Assembly (NCBI GenBank): GCA_022646745.1
Contig: CP060262.1
Coordinates: 1,650,001-1,682,000, forward strand
Source: Planctomycetales bacterium
GTDB lineage: Bacteria > 4484-113 > JAFGCY01
Direction of reading: 5' to 3'
Length of the DNA stretch: 32,000 nucleotides
Part shown: piece by piece, positions 7,043-14,940 of the stretch
Position numbering within the stretch: the first letter of the stretch is position 1
Layout of the letters: each line of letters opens with the position of its first letter
The notes under the pieces: model-generated
The model's input: only the letters and a program-made list of their open reading frames with translations
The model's database searches: none
What the model was told of the DNA's origin: nothing
Position numbers and translations under genes: made by a program

Positions 7043-8174
7043 GATGGCAATGCGCACACTGCTCGCGGGCGGCCTGCGCAGCGTATTGACAATCGGCAGC
7101 GTGGCGGTCTGCGTGTTCGTGTTCTCGCTCCTGCTCTCGCTGGACGAGGGCGTCAGCGCGATGCTGGAGCGCAGTTCGGATAAGGGAGTGCTGATCGTGT
7201 TCGAGAAGTACAAGGCCTGCCCGCCCTACAGCCGCCTGCCGGTCAGCTATGCCTCGCAGATCGCGGGGATTGAGGGCGTCAGTGCCGTCACCCCGGTGCG
7301 CTTCCTGCTGTCGGACTGCGGCACCACCACGAACCTGATCGCCGTACATGGCATCGAACCGGACCAGTTCCGCACATTCCGCGCACTTGATGTTGACGAC
7401 AGCGCCTGGCAGGACTTCGAGGCCGAGAAGGGCGGGGCGATGGTCGGGCGCAAGGCGGCGGAGAAGTACGGTTGGCAGGCGGGCCAGACGGTCACACTGG
7501 CCCAGCTGCGCGGCGTCAGCTTCACCGTGCGTGGGGTGTTTGACAGCGGTGGTTCCAGCCTCGATGAGGTGGTGCTGGTGGACCGTGAATACCTCGAACA
7601 AAGCATAAACGAGATCGGCGAGGTGACGATGTTCCTCGCAAAGGTTGGCGACGGTGCGGATGGCGGGGCGGTGGCTGACCGGATCGACAGCAACTTCGCC
7701 AACTACGCTACGATGACCAGCAGCACACCAGAGAAGGGCTTCATGGCGCAGCAGATCAGCGGCTTCTCCGAGCTGGTGGCCTTTGCCCAGCTGATCGCCT
7801 GGGTCTCGCTCGGCCTGCTGATGCTGGCAACGGCGAACTCGGTGTCAATGGGACTGCGTGACCGGATGCGTGAGGTGGCGCAGCTGAAGCTGCTGGGCTT
7901 TGACAGCCGGCTGGCGGCGCAGCTGATCGTGATGGAATCCCTGCTGACCGGCCTGCTGGCGAGCCTGATCGGCGTCGGGCTGGGAATTGCGGTGCTTGGC
8001 AACGGGATGGCCAGCATCAGCGTCGAAGGCTACACGATGTATCCGCAGTTCACGCCGGCGACAGCCCTTGCCAGTTTCGTGGCCGGGGTCGGGATGTGCC
8101 TTGCGGGTGGTTACGTGCCGGCGCAGCGCGGCGCCACACGGCCGATCGGGCTGGCGCTGAGGGGGGTGGACTGA
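7029..8174 (+). CDS. ABC transporter permease, FtsX/MacB-type (TM1 - large periplasmic domain - three C-terminal TMs)
   Basis: N-terminus is [32 protein letters not shown]. The C-terminal FtsX-like region is LRDRMREVAQLKLLGFDSRLAAQLIVMESLLTGLLASLIGV. The ATG at 7029 overlaps the ATPase stop (7040..7042). The track start at 6948 lies inside the ATPase gene. Confidence 0.85.
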   Translation: MLMLRMAMRTLLAGGLRSVLTIGSVAVCVFVFSLLLSLDEGVSAMLERSSDKGVLIVFEKYKACPPYSRLPVSYASQIAGIEGVSAVTPVRFLLSDCGTTTNLIAVHGIEPDQFRTFRALDVDDSAWQDFEAEKGGAMVGRKAAEKYGWQAGQTVTLAQLRGVSFTVRGVFDSGGSSLDEVVLVDREYLEQSINEIGEVTMFLAKVGDGADGGAVADRIDSNFANYATMTSSTPEKGFMAQQISGFSELVAFAQLIAWVSLGLLMLATANSVSMGLRDRMREVAQLKLLGFDSRLAAQLIVMESLLTGLLASLIGVGLGIAVLGNGMASISVEGYTMYPQFTPATALASFVAGVGMCLAGGYVPAQRGATRPIGLALRGVD

Positions 8175-9316
8175 TGAAGCTGCCCGTCGGCTACAGCCTG
8201 AGGAGCATGCTCAACCGTCCAAGCCGCAGCCTGATGACCAGCGGCGGCGTGGCGATCGCGATCTTCCTGTCGGTCACGATGCTGGCACTCGGCAAGGGCT
8301 TGAGCCGCACCGCCTCCTCCACCGCTGAGCCGCTGAACCTGATCGTGATGAGCTATGGCGCGGTCAGCCAGGAATTCAGCGCGGTGGAGCCGGCCTACAT
8401 CCGTGCGATGGCATCGCTGGAAAGCATCGGTGGCGGGGTGGAACTCAGCCCGGAACTGTACATCAACACGATGGCCCAGGCTGGTGGGTGCCCGGCTTCC
8501 GCAGTGCTCACGCGTGGGCTGCGCAGCGGGAATGCCGGGCTGCACCCGAAGGTGAGTGTGGCCGAGGGACGCCTGCCGGAGCGTGGCAATGAAGTGGCGC
8601 TCGGGCCGCTGGTGGCAACCCGGCTCGGGATGGGCAGCGAGGAACTGGCGATTGGCAGCACACTGGCCTTCGAAGGCCAGGACTGGCAGGTCGTCGGCAT
8701 CCTGTCCGCGCCGGGGACCGCCTATGAATCCGAGATATGGGCCCCGCTGGAGGACCTGATGGCGGCAGCACGCCGGGACGACTTCTCGATCGTGATCACC
8801 CGCGCAGCTGACCTGGCGACACTGGAGGATGTGAGGTTCGACCTGGACACGCGCACGGACATCCGTACGACAGTTGTCAGCGAGACGGAATACTTCGCGA
8901 AGGAGAGCGAGCGGCTGAAGCCGGTGCTGGCGGTCTGCGGCATCATGACCCTGCTGCTCGTCAGCGGCGGGATGATGGCCGGCATGAACACGATGTTCAA
9001 CTCCGTGATGGGCCGCATCAATGAGCTGGCGGTGCTGCTGCTGCTGGGCTACCGCCGCTTCGAGGTGGTCGGTGGGATCATGCTGGAGGGCCTGCTGCTC
9101 TGCCTGCTGGGCGGCGTGCTGGGCAGTGCTGCCGGGCTATTGCTGTCCGGCGTGCCGATGAAGTTCAGCATGAGCGCCTTCCGCTTCGTGGTTGACCAGC
9201 AGGTGCTGCTGCAGGGCATCGGCCTCGCGGCGGTGATCGGGGTGGTAGGCAGCATTGTCCCGTCACTGCGCCTGCGCACACTGAGCATAGCGGCGGGGCT
9301 GCGCTCCGCAAAATGA
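8174..9316 (+). CDS. Second ABC transporter permease, FtsX/MacB-type
   Basis: N-terminus is MKLPVGYSLRSMLNRPSRSLMTSGGVAIAIFLSV. The C-terminal part is INELAVLLLLGYRRFEVVGGIMLEGLLLCLLGGVLG. The ATG at 8174 shares one base with the preceding TGA (8172..8174). Confidence 0.85.
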   Translation: MKLPVGYSLRSMLNRPSRSLMTSGGVAIAIFLSVTMLALGKGLSRTASSTAEPLNLIVMSYGAVSQEFSAVEPAYIRAMASLESIGGGVELSPELYINTMAQAGGCPASAVLTRGLRSGNAGLHPKVSVAEGRLPERGNEVALGPLVATRLGMGSEELAIGSTLAFEGQDWQVVGILSAPGTAYESEIWAPLEDLMAAARRDDFSIVITRAADLATLEDVRFDLDTRTDIRTTVVSETEYFAKESERLKPVLAVCGIMTLLLVSGGMMAGMNTMFNSVMGRINELAVLLLLGYRRFEVVGGIMLEGLLLCLLGGVLGSAAGLLLSGVPMKFSMSAFRFVVDQQVLLQGIGLAAVIGVVGSIVPSLRLRTLSIAAGLRSAK

Positions 9317-9378
9317 GTCTTGAGCAACAGGGCCCATGGGCCTGGTATGTATTGTCACGTGAATAAGAGAGGTGCCAG

Positions 9379-9918
9379 ATGATTAGACTGATCGCGATCC
9401 TCGCGCTACTGCTGATCCTGCCCGTGGCGGGCTGCAACAAGGGCGGGGCCAGCACTGAAAGCACGGCAGCGGGCACGGCGAAGGTGCCGCCCATCGTGTC
9501 CAGTGCGGAAGCTGCATCGACCGCAGCCGCGCCCACGAAGGAGGAGTCCAGCTACGAGCCGCAGGCCGGCAAGGAGCTGGAACTGTCCAAGGATGAGAAG
9601 GTGCTGATCGTCAGCGTGGCCGACCTGGACAGCAAGGCGAAGGACATGGAAGGACTTGTTGCACTGGAGGGCCGGGTGGCGGAAAGTTACCCCGACAAGG
9701 GCACGATCATCCTGGTGGACTGCGACAACATGAAGGGTTGCCAGGACGGCTGCTGCCCCCAGACCCGGGTGCCGGTACGCCTGTCCAGGGCTGCCGGAGA
9801 GGAGAAGGTCAGCGTTCCGGCGGTGGACGAATATGTGATTGTGGTGGCGGAGCTGAGCCTGACCGAGACCGGCTACAACCTGGCTGTGCGCGAGGTGCGC
9901 CCGGCGAAGCTGGGCTAG
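9379..9918 (+). CDS. Lipoprotein of unknown function with a C-terminal Cys cluster (DCDNMKGCQDGCC)
   Basis: Signal peptide plus lipobox: MIRLIAILALLLILPVAGC. SD AGAGAGG sits 6 nt before the ATG. It lies 63 nt downstream of the efflux operon on the same strand. Confidence 0.65.
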   Translation: MIRLIAILALLLILPVAGCNKGGASTESTAAGTAKVPPIVSSAEAASTAAAPTKEESSYEPQAGKELELSKDEKVLIVSVADLDSKAKDMEGLVALEGRVAESYPDKGTIILVDCDNMKGCQDGCCPQTRVPVRLSRAAGEEKVSVPAVDEYVIVVAELSLTETGYNLAVREVRPAKLG

Positions 9919-9933
9919 GCTGCGATCCTGAAA

Positions 9934-10012
9934 GAGGCACGATGGACTTGAAGCGGCCCATCGTGTCTCAGTTTGAAATGCAATAGAGACCTGTCGTCTC
10001 ATTTGCAAACTG
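9934..10012 (+). terminator. Two adjacent stem-loops downstream of the lipoprotein gene (possible terminator or structured element, no U-tract)
   Basis: GAGGCACGATGG (9934..9945) pairs with CCATCGTGTCTC (9958..9969), with one G-U. CAGTTTGAAATG...(inner GAGAC/GTCTC)...CATTTGCAAACTG spans 9969..10012. Confidence 0.3.
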
Positions 10013-10158
10013 AAACGCTATTGCCTGAGTGCAATTCCGGCCTTTACAGGACTGGATGCAGCAATTTCTCAGGATCAGCCGGAAAATTCCACCCCGATCA
10101 TGGATTCAGCGCCCTTATCGGGCATAATCTTTGTGCGGGACGCAATTTCATGGATCGT

Positions 10159-10167
10159 TGTTATAAT
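10159..10167 (+). promoter_or_regulatory. Extended -10 promoter element TGtTATAAT upstream of the 118-aa lipoprotein gene
   Basis: A perfect TATAAT (10162..10167) with TG at 10159..10160. It lies 25 nt upstream of the ATG at 10192, with AAGGA as SD. No good -35 is present, which is consistent with the extended -10 class. Confidence 0.4.
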
Positions 10168-10191
10168 GTATCCGGTTAAGGAACCCTTTCC

Positions 10192-10548
10192 ATGCTGAAG
10201 GTTATCGTTACAATCTGTGCTGCGCTCCTGCTGTTTGGCTGCAGCTCATCCACTTCTGACACGCTGGATGCAACCCGCGAGAGCTCCAAGGCTTACTATC
10301 GCTTCCACGTCGTCGACAGTGAACCGACCGCCAGCAACATCTACTACACCTTCCCCGAGAACCAGACCTGGGGCAGCTTCTCCGTCTACCGCGTGATTGA
10401 GCCGATCGAGGACATCGACTGCTACGACGAGTTCGTGATCGAGGGCAAGGGTCCGGACGGCAACGGCCGCTTCGTGATGCGCGTCGTGACCGACCAGGAG
10501 CAGATCGCCGAGTACAGCTGGGACTTCTTCCTCGTATCCGGCATGTAG
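10192..10548 (+). CDS. Small lipoprotein of unknown function (118 aa)
   Basis: Signal peptide plus lipobox: MLKVIVTICAALLLFGC. Codon usage looks plausible. Confidence 0.6.
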   Translation: MLKVIVTICAALLLFGCSSSTSDTLDATRESSKAYYRFHVVDSEPTASNIYYTFPENQTWGSFSVYRVIEPIEDIDCYDEFVIEGKGPDGNGRFVMRVVTDQEQIAEYSWDFFLVSGM

Positions 10549-10728
10549 CCCTGCCTTCGGCAGTTCCCCACTCCGCCTCTTAAGTCGTTTGACCGCGACT
10601 TGATCTTCGTGCGCGTTTTTTAACACTCTTTTAAACCGGGGATTTGTGCCTGAATCCTAAAATATATGGGTCGGCTGTAATGCCGTAACCGGCACGATTT
10701 TCAAACACGAGCAAGGCGGATTTCGCAA

Positions 10729-13700
10729 GTGTTCAGGCGTTGCCTGAAGGGGCTGCTGGCCCTGATCGCAGTTTACATGTCCTTTGGCGCAAGCGCAGCG
10801 CTCTGCGCGGACACGCCTTCACTTGAGAGAAACAACGACAGCGTGCGCCTGCGCCTCAAGTGGAAGCACCAGTTCCAGTTCGCCGGCTGCTACGCCGCGC
10901 TGGAAAAGGGCTACTTCTCGGAACTCGGGCTGGATGTTGAGCTGATAGAAGGCGGCGTTGACAGCCCTGTGGAAGCCGTGCTGGATGGCCAGGCTGATTT
11001 CGGGATCGCGGGGCCGGAACTGTTGCAGAGCCGCCTCAACGGGGCGGACGTGGTTGCCCTGGCAGTGATCATGCAGCAGACCCCCTCCACCCTGATCAGC
11101 CTGTTCGACAGCGAGATCAGTTCCGTGTCGGACCTGCGCAACAGGCGCCTGATGCTCTACAGTGCTCCGCGCTCAGTTGAGATCAGCTCGATGCTGATGA
11201 AGGGCGGGCTGGCCGATGGGCAGTATGAGGTGCTGCCGCTGAATGGGAACGCCATGCAGCTGCTGATCGCCGGCAAGGTTGATGCCATCCAGGGCTACAC
11301 CACAAATGAACCCTTCCTGCTGCACCAGCTGGGATACGAGACCCGGCTGCTGAACCCCTCCGATGAGAATGTCGACTTCTACGGCGACACGCTGTTCACG
11401 ACGGAGCGGGAGATCCGTGACCACCCGGCGCGCGTGATGGCGATGCGCCAGGCACTGCTGCGGGGCTGGCAGTACGCCTACGACCATCCGGATGAGATTG
11501 CGGCCCTGATCCGCAGCAAGTACAACCCGCAGCTCGATGCGGAGCAGCTGGAGTATGAATCCCGCCTGACGCTGACGATTGTCAACCCGCCATTCTCCGA
11601 CATCGGCCAGATGAGCTCTGACCGCTGGCGCCACATGGCCGAATACATGCAGGTGTTCGGCATGGTGGACGAGCTGGACCGCCTGGACGGAATGATGTAC
11701 AGCGACTATGACATCCTTGATCCGGATGTCAGCCGCATGCGGCGCGCCCTGCTGGCACTGGCACTGGCTGCTGTACTGGCCTTCGGGCTGCTGCTGTTCT
11801 TCAACCTGAGCCTGCGGCGCGCCGTGCAGTTCCGCACCCGGGAGCTGACGGAGCTGAACCGCCAGCTCAACGGCCAGCTGGAGCAGAACCACAGCGTGCT
11901 GCAGGAGCTGGAGAAGCACCGCCGCGGCTATGCCGAGGCCCAGCGCATCGCGCGGGTTGGCAACTGGAGCTATGACGTCGTCAGTGGCGAGCTGGACTGG
12001 AGCGAGGAGGTGTTCCGCATCTACGGGCTGGACCCGCAGATCACCCCCTCGCTGGCCGACGCGCTGGAGGTGACGCATGAGGATGACCGCAGCATGCTGC
12101 GCATCGCCCTGCGTGACGCGATCCGCGATGGCCAGCCGGGTTCGATCGTGCGCCGCATCCACTACGCGGATGGACGCATCGGCTATGCCAACACGGTGTT
12201 CGAGCCGGTGATGAACGGGCAGGGACGCACGGTGATGCTGCGCGGGACCGTGCAGGACGTGACCGAGATCCGCCTCGCGCAGGAGGCACGGGAGCAGAGC
12301 GAACAGGCCTACAACGCCCTGTTTGACAACAGTATTGAGCTGATCTTCGTGGTCGACCCGCAGGGCCGGCTGATTGAGGCGAATGACAACGCCCTGCAGC
12401 GCTTCGGCTTCGGCCGGGCTGACCTGGGCAAGCTGGGACTGCAGGACATCACCAGCCGCAATGAGCATAACCGCGCGATGCGCGGCATCACGGAAGTGCT
12501 CACCGGCGAACGCCGCGGTGCGCTGCAGGAGTTCAGTGCCACCACGCGCAGCGGCGAGCGGATCTGGTACGAGTCAGCCGGCGTGCGGCTGGAGCGTGAC
12601 GGGCAACCCTGGGCGGTGCTGGTGGTGGCCCGCGACATCACTGACCGCAAGCATGCCGAGGCCGAGCGCCGCCACCTGGAATCACAGCTGCGCCAGACCC
12701 AGAAACTGGAGGCGATCGGCACCCTGGCCGGCGGCATCGCGCACGACTTCAACAACCTGCTGTTCGCCATCCGTGGCAACGCCGACCTGGCGCTGACCCT
12801 GCCCGGAGACGAGGAGAACACGCGCGAGTGCCTGGCTGAGATCCTCGCGGCCTCGGCGCGCGCCACCGAGCTGGTGCAGCAGATCCTCTCGTTTGCCCGC
12901 AAGAGCGAGGTGGAGATGCGGGTGGTGGACCTCAACCAGACCTTCGCCGAGGTGCTGCGCCTGATCCGCGCCACTATCCCGGCCAGCATCGAGATTGTCA
13001 GCGAACTGAGCCACGGGGAGAACCTGGTATATGGCGACGTGACCCAGATGCACCAGCTGATGATGAACCTGTGCAGCAATGCCGGTTATGCGATGCGCGA
13101 GAAGGGTGGCCGGCTGACGATCCGCCTGCGCCGCTTCGGCCCGGTGGCCGAGTTCGGCGGGCGCGTGATGGACCCGGCCAGCAGCTACCTGATGATCAGC
13201 GTCGAGGACACCGGCACGGGCATCAGCGAGAAGGTGCGGGAGCGGATCTTCGAGCCCTTCTTCACCACCAAGGGCATGGGCGAGGGCACCGGCATGGGAC
13301 TGTCCGCCGTGCATGGCATCGTGGTGGCAATGAAGGGTGCGATCGAGGTGCAGAGCACGCTCGGGGTCGGTACCACCTTCAACATCCTGCTGCCCGAGGC
13401 GCAGCCCGAGATGCTGGAGCTGCCCACGCTGCGCCGCGACGTGCCGCGCGGCCATGAGCGCGTGCTGGTGGTTGACGACGAGGAGGCGATCGTGCGCGTG
13501 ATGTACACCTCGCTGAGCAACCTCGGCTACAGCGTGACGGCCTGCACCGGCAGCAAGGACGCGCTGGAGAAGTTCCGCCTGAGCCCGGACGGATTTGACC
13601 TGGTGATCAGTGACCAGGCGATGCCGGGCATGACCGGCAACCAGCTGGCACAGGAGATCCGCGGAATCAGGGATGACCTGCCGATCATCATCTGTTCCGG

Positions 13701-13815
13701 CAACAACACCGCACCCAGTACCGAGGAGGGGGAGCGTGCCGGTGTGGCGATGTTCCTGCACAAGCCGGTGGAGCGCCGCGAGCTGGCCGAGGCGATCCGC
13801 AGCCTGCTGGACTGA
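10729..13815 (+). CDS. Hybrid sensor histidine kinase / response regulator with an N-terminal periplasmic SBP-like (NMT1/SsuA-type) sensor domain, TM, coiled coil, two PAS domains, HisKA, HATPase_c and REC
   Basis: Signal/TM at the N-terminus. SBP-like region: LRLKWKHQFQFAGCYAALEKGYFSELGLDVELIEGG. Second TM: ALLALALAAVLAFGLLLFF. PAS-like: VGNWSYDVVSGELDWSEEVFRIYG and NALFDNSIELIFVVDPQGRLIEAN. H-box: GGIAHDFNNLL. G-boxes: DTGTGI and GTGMGLS. REC: VLVVDDE...DLVISDQAMPGMTG...LHKP. GTG start. Confidence 0.9.
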   Translation: MFRRCLKGLLALIAVYMSFGASAALCADTPSLERNNDSVRLRLKWKHQFQFAGCYAALEKGYFSELGLDVELIEGGVDSPVEAVLDGQADFGIAGPELLQSRLNGADVVALAVIMQQTPSTLISLFDSEISSVSDLRNRRLMLYSAPRSVEISSMLMKGGLADGQYEVLPLNGNAMQLLIAGKVDAIQGYTTNEPFLLHQLGYETRLLNPSDENVDFYGDTLFTTEREIRDHPARVMAMRQALLRGWQYAYDHPDEIAALIRSKYNPQLDAEQLEYESRLTLTIVNPPFSDIGQMSSDRWRHMAEYMQVFGMVDELDRLDGMMYSDYDILDPDVSRMRRALLALALAAVLAFGLLLFFNLSLRRAVQFRTRELTELNRQLNGQLEQNHSVLQELEKHRRGYAEAQRIARVGNWSYDVVSGELDWSEEVFRIYGLDPQITPSLADALEVTHEDDRSMLRIALRDAIRDGQPGSIVRRIHYADGRIGYANTVFEPVMNGQGRTVMLRGTVQDVTEIRLAQEAREQSEQAYNALFDNSIELIFVVDPQGRLIEANDNALQRFGFGRADLGKLGLQDITSRNEHNRAMRGITEVLTGERRGALQEFSATTRSGERIWYESAGVRLERDGQPWAVLVVARDITDRKHAEAERRHLESQLRQTQKLEAIGTLAGGIAHDFNNLLFAIRGNADLALTLPGDEENTRECLAEILAASARATELVQQILSFARKSEVEMRVVDLNQTFAEVLRLIRATIPASIEIVSELSHGENLVYGDVTQMHQLMMNLCSNAGYAMREKGGRLTIRLRRFGPVAEFGGRVMDPASSYLMISVEDTGTGISEKVRERIFEPFFTTKGMGEGTGMGLSAVHGIVVAMKGAIEVQSTLGVGTTFNILLPEAQPEMLELPTLRRDVPRGHERVLVVDDEEAIVRVMYTSLSNLGYSVTACTGSKDALEKFRLSPDGFDLVISDQAMPGMTGNQLAQEIRGIRDDLPIIICSGNNTAPSTEEGERAGVAMFLHKPVERRELAEAIRSLLD

Positions 13816-14913
13816 TCAGCCGGCGGGCAGCAGCTCGAGCACGAAGTCGTCGTCAGGTCCGCGCCTCCAGGCGGCTGTGTCCTCATCGCCATCGTTGTCA
13901 AACCAGGGGCTGTAGGTGCGCACATGCACCGTGCGTCCATCGGGCAGGAACTCCAGCAGGCGGATCCAGCCCTCTCCGCCGAGCGGCAGGAACTGCGCGT
14001 TGAACAGCATCTGGTGGCAGTCGTTGCCGGCGTCGTTTGGCGTCGTCAGCCGGCCGACCATGTCGCCGCCGACATGCCCGCTGAACACGAACTGCATCAG
14101 CGGCTGCCCGCGCACCAGGCCGTTCCAGAGGTCCTCGCCGTCGCTGGTGTCATCCGCCGTGCCCTTGTAGCTGTAGGGGTTGGCCGCCTGGCTGTCACCC
14201 TTGCTGGCCCAGTCGTAGCGGGTATCGTCGTGGTACATGTAGGCATGTGTCAGCAGCAGCTGGGTATGCCCGCTGTACTGCGGCAGGCTGCAGACCGCAT
14301 CAGCCCAGCGCACGATCTCAGCCCGCGGACCCCATTCCAGAGAGACGATCAGCATCTTCCTGCCGTCCGGCGCGGTGAAGTCGTAGATGGCATTCTCCAT
14401 GGTCACCCTGCCTCCGTCCGGCGACCATGAATCAGCCAGCATGCCGCCCTGGGCCGGGTCCAGCAGCGGGAAGTCCTCCAGCCGGAAGTAGTCACTGAAG
14501 CGGCTGTTGCGGTTCTCAGCATTCTGCCGGCCATAGTCGTGGTTGCCGGTTGCCATGATCACCGGGATGTCATCGCTGACCCGGCCGATGGCCTGCCGCG
14601 CATTGCGCCACTGCTGGAAGCTGTTCTGGTTGCCACTGCTCTGGGCGGCGAACAGCACGCCGTTCTGGAACACGATGTCGCCTTCCTGCAGCACGAGTGC
14701 GATGTTGAACTGCTCGCGGTGTTCACTGATCCAGTCCATGCAGTCATTCAGGATGTGCATGTGCTCACTGTGGTCCACGTAGCTCTGGATGTCCGGCAGC
14801 ACCACCATCAGCCAGCTGTCCTCCTCAAAGGGCCAGTCATCAGCGGAAGCGGGACCGGTCGTTGCCAGGATCAGGGCCAGCAGCAGGCAGGCCGACAGGG
14901 TGGGTTTGCGCAT
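13816..14913 (-). CDS. Secreted calcineurin-like metallophosphoesterase
   Basis: Signal peptide: MRKPTLSACLLLALILATTGPASA. Motifs: VVLPDIQ, QEGDIVFQ (GD), ATGNHDYG (GNHD), LLTHAYM, FSGHVGGD (GH). Its stop codon abuts the stop codon of the convergent kinase gene. Confidence 0.8.
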   Translation of the reverse strand: MRKPTLSACLLLALILATTGPASADDWPFEEDSWLMVVLPDIQSYVDHSEHMHILNDCMDWISEHREQFNIALVLQEGDIVFQNGVLFAAQSSGNQNSFQQWRNARQAIGRVSDDIPVIMATGNHDYGRQNAENRNSRFSDYFRLEDFPLLDPAQGGMLADSWSPDGGRVTMENAIYDFTAPDGRKMLIVSLEWGPRAEIVRWADAVCSLPQYSGHTQLLLTHAYMYHDDTRYDWASKGDSQAANPYSYKGTADDTSDGEDLWNGLVRGQPLMQFVFSGHVGGDMVGRLTTPNDAGNDCHQMLFNAQFLPLGGEGWIRLLEFLPDGRTVHVRTYSPWFDNDGDEDTAAWRRGPDDDFVLELLPAG

Positions 14914-14940
14914 GGCCCATTCTAGCGGTGGAATGTGTTG

